Source: Myxococcota bacterium (GTDB lineage: Bacteria; Myxococcota_A; UBA9160; UBA4427). Taken from it: 51,856 nucleotides of DNA. Every line of letters starts with the position of its first letter. Position 1 is the first letter of the stretch. The DNA lies in contig JAYZFK010000055.1 in NCBI GenBank assembly GCA_036336835.1, positions 1 through 51,856 on the forward strand, in the 5' to 3' direction. Made by a program: the position numbers and the translations under genes. The notes under the pieces were generated by a model that worked only from the letters and a program-made list of their open reading frames with translations, ran no database searches and was not told the DNA's origin. Shown piece by piece: positions 1 through 9,939 of this stretch.

Positions 1-28
1 CCTGGTCCCCCGCTGACCCCTCGCAGGG

Positions 29-808
29 CTAGGCCCCGCCCAGGTCGAGGATGGCCTGGGTGGCGACCTCGATGCACGCGGCCATGTTGCGGTCCAGGTC
101 GAGCTCGGCGGGGCCGCTCCAGGGGGTCCGGTCCGAGACGACGCAGATGCAGCCGGCGCGCAAGCCGAACAGGCCGGCGAGGGTCAGCGTGATGCCGGCC
201 TCCATCTCACAGTTGAGCACGCGGGCGGCCCGCATGTCCCGGATTCGCGTCTCGAAGTGCGACGGCCAGTAACCCTCGAAGCTCATCGACGTCATCGAGT
301 CGTCCGGGCCCGCGACGGCGTTGCGCGCGTAGAAGGCGTCGAGCGACCAGGTGATTCCGATTCGGTGTCGTGCACCGGAATCGCGCGCCGCGTCGACCAG
401 CGCCGCCACCAGCTCATGGCTCGCCACCGCCGGATACTCGGGGACGACATAGCTTCGCGAGGTGCCGTCGTCGCGCACGGCGCCGGTCGTGATCACCAGG
501 TCCCCGAGCTCGAGCGTAGGGTCGAGCCCACCGCAGTTGCCGATGCGCAGCAGGGTGCGGGCGCCGAGCTTGGCGAGCTCCTCGATCACGATCGCCGTGC
601 TCGGCGCACCGATCCCGGTGGAGGCCGCCGTGAGCGGCACGCCGGCTCGCTCACCGGTCACGATGGTGTACTCGCGCAAGTCGCAGATCGTGCGCAGACC
701 GCTCCAGCCGGCACTGATTGTCGCGATTCGGGCTGGATCGCCGCACAGCAGGACGGACTCGGCGATGTCCCCGGGACGGGCCCCCGTGATCGGCTGGGCA
801 TCGCTCAT
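29..808 (-). CDS. udp: Uridine/nucleoside phosphorylase (PNP/UDP family)
   Basis: Motifs LLCGDPAR, STGIGAPSTAIVIEEL, LRIGNCGG, GAVRDDGTS, NCEMEA; GGAG SD upstream of the ATG. Confidence 0.85.
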   Translation of the reverse strand: MSDAQPITGARPGDIAESVLLCGDPARIATISAGWSGLRTICDLREYTIVTGERAGVPLTAASTGIGAPSTAIVIEELAKLGARTLLRIGNCGGLDPTLELGDLVITTGAVRDDGTSRSYVVPEYPAVASHELVAALVDAARDSGARHRIGITWSLDAFYARNAVAGPDDSMTSMSFEGYWPSHFETRIRDMRAARVLNCEMEAGITLTLAGLFGLRAGCICVVSDRTPWSGPAELDLDRNMAACIEVATQAILDLGGA

Positions 809-967
809 TCCGTCGTCTCCCCGCCGGGTTGCGGCGGTCGCGCAGCTTGCCCGAAGGCCTGGAGACCCGCAACTTGACGCGCAAGTCCCCGAGGGGCTTC
901 ACAGACGGTCGCTTGTCATGCGGGGGCGGTCGGGCTAATCGATGATCGTTCTCAGTGGGGGGAGAGC

Positions 968-3709
968 ATGGGCAAGTCCCTGGTTATCACCGAGAAGCCG
1001 AGCGTCGCCCAGGACATCGTCCGGGTGCTCGGCGGCTTCACGGAGCACGATGGCTACGAGGAGAGCGACGAGTACGTCGTCACCTTCGCGGTCGGCCACC
1101 TGTTCGAGCTACTCGAGCCCGAGGAGCACGACGAGAAGTACAAGGCCTGGACGCTCGATGTCCTGCCCATCCTGCCCGGCGAAGGGGGCTTCCAGATCAA
1201 GCCCAAGAAGGGACAGTCCGAGCGCATCCGCACGATCAAGAAGCTGGCCCAACGCGACGACGTCGATGGCTTCGTGAACGCGTGCGACGCGGGTCGCGAA
1301 GGCGAGCTGATCTTTCGCGAGATCATCCGCTACCTGGGCTCGGACAAGCCGATCCGGCGACTGTGGCTGCAGTCGATGACGACCAACGCGATCCGCCAGG
1401 GGTTCGAGGAGCTGCGCCCTGGCGAAGAGCTCGAAGGGCTCGCGGCATCGGCCGAGTGTCGCGCCTACTCCGACTGGCTGATCGGCCTGAACTCGACGCG
1501 AGCGCTCACCAAGCGGCTCGCCAGCCGCAAGGAGAAGACGGCATGGTCGGCGGGCCGCGTCCAGACACCCACCCTCGCCCTGCTCGTCGAGCGTGAGCTC
1601 GAGGTGCTGGCCCACGTGCCGAAGCCGTTCTGGCGCGTTACGGGCACCTTCGAGCACGAAGGCGAGACTTATGAAGCCACCTGGTTCGACCCGTCGTTCG
1701 AGGCCAACGAGGACGAGACGCGTCGCGAAGATCGGCTCTTTCAGGAGGCCGAGGCGACGGCCGTCGTCGAGGTCGTGCGCGGTCAACCCGCGGCCGCCCG
1801 CGAGACACGCAAGCCCACGAAGGAATCGGCTCCGCCGTTGTTCGATCTCACCAGTCTGCAGCGCGAGGGCAACCGGCGCTTCGGCTGGTCGGCGCGGCGC
1901 GCGCTGTCCGCGGCGCAGCGCTGCTACGAGCGCCACAAGATCCTGACGTATCCGCGCACCGACTCGCGCTGTCTGCCCGAGGACTATCGCGAGACCGTCG
2001 CGCAGGTGCTGCAGAGCTACGCGGCTGGCGGCGGTCACGCCGAGGGCTTCGACGACTACGCGCGCAGCGCGGCGCACCTGCTCGAGCACGGCCTCGAGAA
2101 CGAAGCGCGCTCGTTCAACGACAAAGGCGTGTCCGATCACTTCGCGATCATTCCCACCGGCACGCTCCCCGAAGAAGAGCTGACCGGTGACGACAAGCGC
2201 TTGTTCGATCTCGTCGTGCGTCGCTTTCTGGGCGCGTTCTTCCCCGCCGCCGAGTGGGAACGCGTCGAACGCGTCACCGAGGTGGCCGGCCACTCGTTCC
2301 AGAAGAAGGCCCGCTCGCTCAAGGTGCCCGGCTGGCGCTCCGTTCTGGCGCAGGCCAGCGACGAGTCCGAGGCGACGACGCTCGCGCCGCTTTCGCCCGG
2401 TGAGGTCGAGGCGAGCGGCATTGCCGTCGCGACCCGCGAGGCGGAGAGTTCCGAGGAGGAGACGAAGCCGCCGCCGCGCATCAGCGAGGCGCGTCTGCTC
2501 TCGCTGATGGAGAACGCCGGCAAGCAGATCGACGACGAGGACGTTGCGGCGGTGCTCCACACGAAGGGGATCGGCACCCCCGCGACCCGCGCCGAGATCT
2601 TCGAGAACCTGATTCGCAAGGGCTATGTCGTCCGTCAGGGCAAGAGCCTGCGCCCGACCGTCAAGGGCATCCGGCTGATCGACAGCTTGCAGCGCATCCA
2701 GATCGACCGTCTGGCCTCGCCGCAGCTCACCGGCGATCTAGAGTTTCAGCTGCTCGAGGTCGAGCGTGGCGAGCGCACGGCCGCCGAGTTCATGAGCGAG
2801 GTGACGCAGTACGCCGTCGAGGTGGTCGAGCGGGCGAAGACCTTCGACTACCACGAGATGTACGAGGGTGCGCCGGAGCTCGGCCCGTGTCCCAGTTGCA
2901 ATCGGCAGGTCGTCGAAGGAGCCTGGTTCTACCGCTGCGAGCCGCCGCTCGAAGAAGACGACTGCCCGATGCGCTTCTGGAAGGACACCTCGGGCCGCTA
3001 CCTCGACGAGGGTTCCGTGCGGGCACTGCTCGCGGACGGTGTGACCCGGATCCTCGACGGGTTCACCGCGCGAAGCGGGCGCACCTACAGGGGCCAGATC
3101 GAGGTCGATCGCGACGAGTGGAAGCTCAAGGTCCGCTCGGCGGGCTGGAACGAAGAGGCAGCCAGCGACATCCCCGAGTACGACATAGACGAACGCCCGC
3201 TCGGGGCCTGTCCGCGCGGCTGCGGCGGCCGCGTAATCGAGACGGCCACCGAGTACAGCTGCGAGCAGCGGCTGGCCGCCGAGGCGGCCCTCGTCGTCGC
3301 CAAGGCTGCCGAGGCCAAGCTGAGCGACGAGGATCGCAAGGCCGCGATTTCGGCTCGGCGCAAGGCGACGCGTGAGGCGAAGAGCAAGCCGTGCAGCTAC
3401 GTGCTGCCGCGCACCGTTTGCAAGCGCGAGCTGGTTCGCGACGAGGCACTCCACTACCTCACCCAGGGCCGTACCGAGCTGCTGACCGACTTCACCTCGC
3501 GCTTTGGACGTCCGTTCTCGGCCACGCTCGTGCTGCAGGAGAGCGGTCGACACGGCTTCGAGTTCCAGCCGCGCGCCGCCGGCTCCAAGAAGGCGGGCAA
3601 GAAGTCCGGCAAGAAGACCGGCAAGAAGACCGGCAAGAAGTCCGGCAAGAAGACCTCGAGGAAGAGGTCGCGCAAGGCGGCTCGCAAGAAGGCCGAGGCA
3701 GCGGACTGA
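968..3709 (+). CDS. topB: DNA topoisomerase III (type IA) with C-terminal Cys-containing repeats and Lys-rich tail
   Basis: TOPRIM ITEKPSVA and NACDAGREGELIF, SAGRVQTPTL, catalytic LTYPRTDS, GIGTPATRA; C-terminal LGPCPSC/LGACPRGC and FTSRFGRPFSATL repeats. Confidence 0.92.
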   Translation: MGKSLVITEKPSVAQDIVRVLGGFTEHDGYEESDEYVVTFAVGHLFELLEPEEHDEKYKAWTLDVLPILPGEGGFQIKPKKGQSERIRTIKKLAQRDDVDGFVNACDAGREGELIFREIIRYLGSDKPIRRLWLQSMTTNAIRQGFEELRPGEELEGLAASAECRAYSDWLIGLNSTRALTKRLASRKEKTAWSAGRVQTPTLALLVERELEVLAHVPKPFWRVTGTFEHEGETYEATWFDPSFEANEDETRREDRLFQEAEATAVVEVVRGQPAAARETRKPTKESAPPLFDLTSLQREGNRRFGWSARRALSAAQRCYERHKILTYPRTDSRCLPEDYRETVAQVLQSYAAGGGHAEGFDDYARSAAHLLEHGLENEARSFNDKGVSDHFAIIPTGTLPEEELTGDDKRLFDLVVRRFLGAFFPAAEWERVERVTEVAGHSFQKKARSLKVPGWRSVLAQASDESEATTLAPLSPGEVEASGIAVATREAESSEEETKPPPRISEARLLSLMENAGKQIDDEDVAAVLHTKGIGTPATRAEIFENLIRKGYVVRQGKSLRPTVKGIRLIDSLQRIQIDRLASPQLTGDLEFQLLEVERGERTAAEFMSEVTQYAVEVVERAKTFDYHEMYEGAPELGPCPSCNRQVVEGAWFYRCEPPLEEDDCPMRFWKDTSGRYLDEGSVRALLADGVTRILDGFTARSGRTYRGQIEVDRDEWKLKVRSAGWNEEAASDIPEYDIDERPLGACPRGCGGRVIETATEYSCEQRLAAEAALVVAKAAEAKLSDEDRKAAISARRKATREAKSKPCSYVLPRTVCKRELVRDEALHYLTQGRTELLTDFTSRFGRPFSATLVLQESGRHGFEFQPRAAGSKKAGKKSGKKTGKKTGKKSGKKTSRKRSRKAARKKAEAAD
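3596..3655 (+). repeat. 5 x 12-bp tandem repeat GGCAAGAAG(T/A)CC encoding (GKK[S/T])5
   Basis: Read directly: ggcaagaagtcc ggcaagaagacc ggcaagaagacc ggcaagaagtcc ggcaagaagacc. Confidence 0.95.
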
Positions 3710-3823
3710 CCCGGCAGGGCGAGATACCTGACGCGGAAGGAACCTGCCGCGCGGCTGACTTCGAGTCGCAGAAAACCGCTTGTTCTTCGCGGCAGTACTT
3801 GCCTAAATAGCGCAGTGCCGATG

Positions 3824-3847
3824 GGGCTCTGCCTGCGCGCAGAGCCC
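3824..3847. other. Perfect 9-bp hairpin between topB and the DUF1302 gene
   Basis: gggctctgc-ctgcgc-gcagagccc; no U-tract, so a terminator role is uncertain. Confidence 0.5.
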
Positions 3848-3906
3848 GGTCAAACCCGTTGCCGCGCGCCTTCCGATGACTCGGCGGGCGCGATTCTGGG
3901 GAGCCG

Positions 3907-6900
3907 ATGATCCGGGATCTTGCCACGCACCTCGTGCGAGTTGCTCTCGTGTCCACGCTGCTAGTGGTGCCGTTCTCGGCGGCCCATTCACTCGAAGCCC
4001 TCGACGGCCGCATCGAGGCGCACGGCTTCTTCGAGAGTCAGCTGCGCGTGATCAGCGACGACTTCTCTCACGAGTACGATCTGGCGCAGTGGCACCAGGT
4101 GCTGAATCTCGAAATCGAGGTCGACATCCTGCCAGACGGCTGGGGATACATCGATCTGCTGTCGGCCTATGTGCGCATCGAGGGTCGCTATGACTGCCTC
4201 TACACGCAGGGTTGCGGGATGGTCCAGGCCGCGGACACCTACGGAGACAAGGCCAAGACGCTTCCCGAGCGCATCGCCAGCGGTCGTCAGAGCATCTATC
4301 ACGGCGCAATCCGGCTCGACCAGATCCAGAGCCGCATCAACGAGTTCGTAGACACGGACGGCGACGGCATCGAGGACTCGACGCGGCAGCGGATCGAGAC
4401 GACGGTGTACGACCAGGCGATCGCGCCGAACCGCAACGTGCTGCCGCTCAGCGAAATCCCCGGATTCTCCGGCATTGCGGCCCAGGCGGGCGCCGACGGC
4501 TACACGGGCACTGCGCCGTTCGGGATCAAGGGGTTGAACGATCTGGACATTCCTGCCGTCGCGGAGAGAAGCGTGCGCTCCTACGAGCTCAACGACTCTG
4601 GCGCGTCGGCGCAAATTCTGGCCTTCGACCCGGACTTCCCCGACGACCCCCTCAAGTCGGGCCCGGGCGACCCGGGCGGCGACTGGGCGCTGTTCGACGA
4701 CGACCCGTTCCCCCTGGCCTTCGAGCGCTTCCTGGATCTCCGGTTCGCCCACCGGGGGGTTCGCGGCGGTGCCGCCGGTGGTCTTCCCGTGGCGGTGATG
4801 GGTCCCTGGCTGCCCAGCAACTTCATCTACCCGAACGCGATGCTCGCAGACGTCGAGAACCCGTTCGATGCAACCGTCACGTCGGAGCTGCTCACCCGGG
4901 CGGGTCACAACGGATCGTACTACGCCAACGTCGCCGCCTACGGGCTGAACTTCAGCGCGGGCGACATCGATCCCGACGATCCCAACACCTTCTTCGAGAA
5001 CTACATCTACAACCGAACGGTCGTGGACCCGGCAGGGTCGGCCATCGGTTTTACGGACGTGCAAAACGGCGCGTTGATCTCGATGAGCGACACCTCCGAG
5101 TTCCCGATTCCTCTTGTGAGGCCATCCGAGAACCCTCCGGGCTTCGTGGTCACGGCCCCCAAGTCGCTCGGCCAGATCTACCAGCCGCCGCCGAGAGACC
5201 CATTCCTAAACGACAACGCCTGCTTATTTCCGCCCTGCCCGCGGCCGCCGCGTTACAGAGCCATCCCCATCGCAGGAGTCGGCTCGTCGGTCTCGCCCAA
5301 CCGCCGCGGCACCGCCAAGCCGATGCGCCCCGTGCCGATCGTGGACCACGGCCGCTTCGCGGAGGGCGACTCGCAGGCCCGCGGCGTCTACCTGCCGAGC
5401 CGCGGGCTGCGCCAGGCGATCGACAGCGGGCGCCTCGACCGGCTGCCCTTCAACATCGACGAGCGCGACCGCACCTGGAACCGGGGTGCCAGCCAGGACG
5501 AGGGAGAGCTCAAGGAGGCCTACATCGACCTCGAGACCTGGGACAGCCGGCTGTGGCTGCGCATCGGCAAGCAGAACATCGTCTGGGGCAAGACCGAGCT
5601 GTTCCGCACCACGGACCAGTTCAATCCGGTGGACCTGGCGCTCGTGACGCTCGGCAACCTCGAGGAGACGCGCATCGCACTGTGGTCGGCGCGCGCCGTG
5701 CTGTCGCTGTACGAGGTGGGCCCCTTCGACGACGTGCGCCTCGAGTTCGCCGCCAACATCGACGACTACCAGTCGGCCGACTTGGGCGCCTGTGGCGAGC
5801 CGTTCGCGCCGAACCCGGTCTGTGCCGCGACCTTCGGCATTCTCGCGCACGGTGCCTTCGGCATCGGCCTGGCGGGCGTCGATTTCCCGGAGTCGCCGTG
5901 GGAGGACATCAGCAAGATCGAGTTCGGCGGTCGGATCGAGTGGCGCTGGGATCGCTTCAGCTTTGCGATCGCGGACTTCTACGGCTACGAGGACCTGCCG
6001 TATCTCGATCGCATCTCGACCTACGAGCGCAACGTCGATCCGCTGACCGGCCGCATGCGGGTGATGGGGAGCTTCGGCGCCGATCAGCCGTGCCGGTTCC
6101 AGCCCCTGGCGTTGCGCGCGAATGCGGCGATGGGGATCCCCATGGTCGATGATGCATGTCTCCAGGCCGGACCCACCCGCCGCGACGATCTCGACCCCGG
6201 CGAGTTCATCGGCGGCGTGCCCTTGAACACCTATCTCGCCAACGCCGCCCTGCTGCCGCTGGGGTCCGACGGCATGCCGATCCCCGCGCTCGCCGGCCAC
6301 CCGGGTGTCTTCGCGGGCGAAGACCCCAGCGACCCGACGTACTCGCCCAACAACGCGCTGGACGCCTCACCGGTCAATCAGCAGTTCTTCGCGGCGGTCT
6401 GCGCCGGCACAGTCGGCGTGAGCGCGCTCGACCCCGCAGCGTGCGCGGGCACGATCTTCGGCAGCCAGCAGGCGCTGCCGATCAACGCCAACCTCTACCG
6501 GCTCGCTCCCCTGATCGGCAACTTCCTGACCGGGAGCGGCGCCAAGGACGGCATGGGCGACCCGTCCCTGGGGTATGGCGCGCTGGGCGTACAATTGATC
6601 GCAGGGGCCGCCGGCGTCAACACAAGGGACCTCGACTCTGCGCTGGTCAAGCTGAACCGCGACCTGGGAGACGGCGAGCAGTCCGGCCGCGCGAGTAGCA
6701 CCGACCAGGGCCCTCGGGGCTGGGGCGCCTGGAAGTCCGCGGCTCAGGTCGGATACGACGACAACAACTTCGGCTGCGTCGACGACGCTCTGCTCGAGCA
6801 GAGCGAGCTGACCCGCAGGAACTTCATCGATACCAACGGCACCTTTTTCTCGCCCTTCGGCACCAAGTCGATCCCCTGCCACAGCTCCGGGTCGATGATC

Positions 6901-8427
6901 GACGACCTCGGGCTCTACCTGAGCCCCGAGCAGCAGGCGATGCTCGGCTGCGGCCCGTTCTTCGGCACGAACTGTGCGGACTCGGGCATCGATCTGCTGC
7001 ACGCCGAGGCCAGCGTGCTGTTCCAGTCGTTCCCGGGCTTCGAGGGCACCGCGGACCCGGCCGGCGGAGCGAACTTCACGGCGGGCCCGGCCGGTGCCTC
7101 ACTGCCGCAGCAGTGGACGACGAACAACATGAAGTTCGATGGCACGGTGCTGGGGCGTCGCATGGCCGACGACGGCCAGGATCGCCAGCAGCCCGGCACG
7201 ATCCTCTTTCGCGGCGGTCCGGTGGGCACGGTGGTCGTCGATCGCGACACCGGGGAGCAGATGGTGCTGCCCGGCGCCCGCAGCGCCTTCGCCTTCGACG
7301 CGGAGGATGGCACGCTGATCGCGAACCCGGAGTACCGGCCCATGCAGGACGGCTGCGTCGGGGACGGGGCCCTGTACGCGAGCCTGGGGCTTACCATTCC
7401 GACCGAGTGTGAGACCAGTGGCTCGCCCAACGTGCCGTTGCACGCCCTCCGGCATCCGCTCGCCACCACCGGAACGCAGCGCCTTGCGCCGATTGGCGGC
7501 AGCGACCAGCCGCAGTACTTCCGCAGCGAGATGGCGGCGCTGTCGTTCAACTTCCTGATGCTGCTGGCAGTCAACGACGGCTTGTTCGATGCGGACAATC
7601 CTTTCGCCCTGTGCAAGGACTCGGACCCGGACGCGGTCTTGGTGGGCCCGTGCGAGCTCGACGCGTCCGGCAAGCCCGTGCCGGTCTGCAGCCTCGCGAC
7701 ACCGCAGTACTGCGGCACGGTGCGCGGGCTGATGGGTCTGGCCGGGCTGACGCGCAACGTGCTCCGAGCGGGCGGCGACGGGACGTTCGGGCGCCGCACC
7801 TTCGTCTGGCAGTCGGGCGGCGAGGCCGTGCTCGGGTTCGCCCGCCGCAACGTGCTCGGCTTCTCGGGCGACTTCGCCGAGGACTTCACCAAGTCGAACT
7901 TCAGCCTCGAAGCGACCTGGTTCAATGACGTTCCGCGCAGCAGCACCGACACGTACAGCGGTGTGAGGAATGCCGACGACTACAACATCACCCTGTCGAT
8001 CGACCGCCCGACGTTCGTGAACTTCCTCAACGCGAACCGGACGTTCTTCTTCAACACGCAGTGGTTCTTCCGCTATCGCGACTTCAGCCATGCGCCGGGT
8101 CGCTGGGACCTGCTCGGCACGTTCACGATCCTTGCGGGCTACTTCCAGGACCGGCTGCTGCCGAGCGTGACGTTCGTGTACGACATCCGCTCGAGCACGG
8201 GTGCGGTGCTGCCGCAGATCCAGTACCGCTATACCGAGGCCTTCTCGATCGTCGTCGGAGCGCAGTTCTTCGCCGGTCGACCCGATGTGAACCCGATCTC
8301 GATCAACGGCCTCGGGCCGGTCAGCAACGAGCAGGGGCCGTACGCCTACCAGGCGCAGAGCGACGTCGGCGTGTCGATCGTGCGGCACATCGACAACTTG
8401 TTCGTCCGCCTGCGCTACTCGTTCTAG
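3907..8427 (+). CDS. Giant DUF1302-family outer-membrane beta-barrel protein (1506 aa)
   Basis: Signal peptide; ELKEAYIDL...LRIGKQNIVWGKTELFRTTDQFNPVDL core motif; amphipathic C-terminal strands ending in VRLRYSF (terminal Phe). Confidence 0.75.
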   Translation: MIRDLATHLVRVALVSTLLVVPFSAAHSLEALDGRIEAHGFFESQLRVISDDFSHEYDLAQWHQVLNLEIEVDILPDGWGYIDLLSAYVRIEGRYDCLYTQGCGMVQAADTYGDKAKTLPERIASGRQSIYHGAIRLDQIQSRINEFVDTDGDGIEDSTRQRIETTVYDQAIAPNRNVLPLSEIPGFSGIAAQAGADGYTGTAPFGIKGLNDLDIPAVAERSVRSYELNDSGASAQILAFDPDFPDDPLKSGPGDPGGDWALFDDDPFPLAFERFLDLRFAHRGVRGGAAGGLPVAVMGPWLPSNFIYPNAMLADVENPFDATVTSELLTRAGHNGSYYANVAAYGLNFSAGDIDPDDPNTFFENYIYNRTVVDPAGSAIGFTDVQNGALISMSDTSEFPIPLVRPSENPPGFVVTAPKSLGQIYQPPPRDPFLNDNACLFPPCPRPPRYRAIPIAGVGSSVSPNRRGTAKPMRPVPIVDHGRFAEGDSQARGVYLPSRGLRQAIDSGRLDRLPFNIDERDRTWNRGASQDEGELKEAYIDLETWDSRLWLRIGKQNIVWGKTELFRTTDQFNPVDLALVTLGNLEETRIALWSARAVLSLYEVGPFDDVRLEFAANIDDYQSADLGACGEPFAPNPVCAATFGILAHGAFGIGLAGVDFPESPWEDISKIEFGGRIEWRWDRFSFAIADFYGYEDLPYLDRISTYERNVDPLTGRMRVMGSFGADQPCRFQPLALRANAAMGIPMVDDACLQAGPTRRDDLDPGEFIGGVPLNTYLANAALLPLGSDGMPIPALAGHPGVFAGEDPSDPTYSPNNALDASPVNQQFFAAVCAGTVGVSALDPAACAGTIFGSQQALPINANLYRLAPLIGNFLTGSGAKDGMGDPSLGYGALGVQLIAGAAGVNTRDLDSALVKLNRDLGDGEQSGRASSTDQGPRGWGAWKSAAQVGYDDNNFGCVDDALLEQSELTRRNFIDTNGTFFSPFGTKSIPCHSSGSMIDDLGLYLSPEQQAMLGCGPFFGTNCADSGIDLLHAEASVLFQSFPGFEGTADPAGGANFTAGPAGASLPQQWTTNNMKFDGTVLGRRMADDGQDRQQPGTILFRGGPVGTVVVDRDTGEQMVLPGARSAFAFDAEDGTLIANPEYRPMQDGCVGDGALYASLGLTIPTECETSGSPNVPLHALRHPLATTGTQRLAPIGGSDQPQYFRSEMAALSFNFLMLLAVNDGLFDADNPFALCKDSDPDAVLVGPCELDASGKPVPVCSLATPQYCGTVRGLMGLAGLTRNVLRAGGDGTFGRRTFVWQSGGEAVLGFARRNVLGFSGDFAEDFTKSNFSLEATWFNDVPRSSTDTYSGVRNADDYNITLSIDRPTFVNFLNANRTFFFNTQWFFRYRDFSHAPGRWDLLGTFTILAGYFQDRLLPSVTFVYDIRSSTGAVLPQIQYRYTEAFSIVVGAQFFAGRPDVNPISINGLGPVSNEQGPYAYQAQSDVGVSIVRHIDNLFVRLRYSF

Positions 8428-8439
8428 CGGGCCAGCAGG

Positions 8440-9900
8440 TCAGTGGCCGCGGTCGAGCGCTGCGGCGGAGGTCAGGCCAGGCAGGTCGCTCTTGTCGAAG
8501 GGGAGCGATCGCACGTCGTACGATTCGCGGCGCCAGCCGCCGCCGCCGTGGATCGAGTCGTACGAGACCTGTGCTACGGGGTCGAACACCAGTGCCGGGA
8601 CGCCGCCGGGCCACTCCGGGTACTCGGGCTGATCCCCACTGAAGCGGTGCACGAAGATCTGGATGTCGAGTAGTCGGCGCTTGCCGGCGCGTGTCAGCCG
8701 GAACAGCGGCTGCTGTGTCTGGTAGTCGACCCAGTAGGTCACCGTGCGGATCGCCTCGTCGTTGCGCCGCAGAGCTCCTTCGATCACCACCGCATGGCGC
8801 GGCTCCCAGCGGTCGCTCGCGACGGACAACCCGGCCGGTCCGAAATTTCGGTTGCTCGACGCGGGGAAGCCCGGCTTCGACGCGTTGATCGGTGCGAGGA
8901 CGTCCTGCGTGCCGCGCATCCGCCAGTGATAGGCGTTCGGACGCAGCGAGAGCCCCTCGAAGCCGCGATAGGCGTGGGTCGTGCTCGCGGCCGATCGGCC
9001 GGCGGTGGGATTGATACTTCCGCCGCTGCCGAACGAGATCGGGCCGCCGCCACCCTGCGCCGAGACCGAGTACGTCGGGAAGTACAATCCGTCCACCCAG
9101 GAGGTCGAGGCGCGTCGCGACTTCCGCATCTCGGGGACGTAGACGAAGGTGTCGTCCGGCTCCTGGTAGCGCTTCAGGGCCGTCTTCGGCCGGAACTGGC
9201 GCCAGGCCACGTGACGCACATCGAACGGCTTGGTGAAGCGGCCTCCGGCGATCCACCAGTAGTCGCTGGCCGAGGCGACCGCATAGCCCGCGTCCGCCAG
9301 ATCCGCGCGCCCGCGCGTGGGCAGCAGGAAGAAGTCACCCTCGTAGGTCAGGGCGCTGGCCGCGCGGCTCGAGAAGTCGACCACGCGGAAGTGACCGCGG
9401 TGTCCCCCGCCGCGGAAGCGCAGCTCGAGGTTCCAGGCCCAGCGTGCGGCGGCGTCGGCGGCCTCCGGGTCGATCGCTGCGGGCGGGAAGGGCAGGCCGG
9501 CGCGGTAGCCGCGCAGCGAGCCGTCCTGCTCGAGGCGCACCTCACCGGCGTGTTCGTCGCCGGCGCGCGTGAAGAAGCCCGGGATCGGATAGCGGCGATG
9601 ACACGGCCCGATCTCCATGCGCATGCCCTCGAAGAAGAAGGCCTCGCGGTGGGCCCAGATCTCCTTTGGGACGAGCTGGCGCAGGATCAGCAGGTCGTGT
9701 GCGGTCAGCACCATGCCCTCGCGCAGCGTCACGGCGACCGCATCGCGCGGCTCGGCGCCGTCGCCCGCGCGGCCGGTGCTGCCGCCGGAGACCGTCGGGC
9801 AGTCGTCCTCATCGGGGGGCGTCGCGGTCGAGGGGGCAGCGGCGATCCCGTTGGCAAGGCAGCCGGAGAGCAGCAGGACGAGCGCGCGATGCGGGGGCAT
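8440..9900 (-). CDS. DUF1329-family (LolA-like fold) exported protein
   Basis: Signal peptide; GYRAGLPFP...IDP...A.RWAWN and DDTFVYVPEMRKSRR motifs typical of DUF1329; adjacent to the DUF1302 gene. Confidence 0.75.
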   Translation of the reverse strand: MPPHRALVLLLSGCLANGIAAAPSTATPPDEDDCPTVSGGSTGRAGDGAEPRDAVAVTLREGMVLTAHDLLILRQLVPKEIWAHREAFFFEGMRMEIGPCHRRYPIPGFFTRAGDEHAGEVRLEQDGSLRGYRAGLPFPPAAIDPEAADAAARWAWNLELRFRGGGHRGHFRVVDFSSRAASALTYEGDFFLLPTRGRADLADAGYAVASASDYWWIAGGRFTKPFDVRHVAWRQFRPKTALKRYQEPDDTFVYVPEMRKSRRASTSWVDGLYFPTYSVSAQGGGGPISFGSGGSINPTAGRSAASTTHAYRGFEGLSLRPNAYHWRMRGTQDVLAPINASKPGFPASSNRNFGPAGLSVASDRWEPRHAVVIEGALRRNDEAIRTVTYWVDYQTQQPLFRLTRAGKRRLLDIQIFVHRFSGDQPEYPEWPGGVPALVFDPVAQVSYDSIHGGGGWRRESYDVRSLPFDKSDLPGLTSAAALDRGH

Positions 9901-9939
9901 CGGCGGAGTCTATCCTACCCTCGGTAGACGGAGGCGGTG

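Noticed and set aside
872..886. ACTTG-N5-CAAGT inverted repeat with TTGACG in the udp/topB gap
   Set aside because: Only 5-bp arms and no correctly spaced -10, so too weak to call.
3596..3655. Possible CRISPR-like repeat
   Set aside because: Contiguous in-frame 12-bp units with no spacers and no cas genes nearby.
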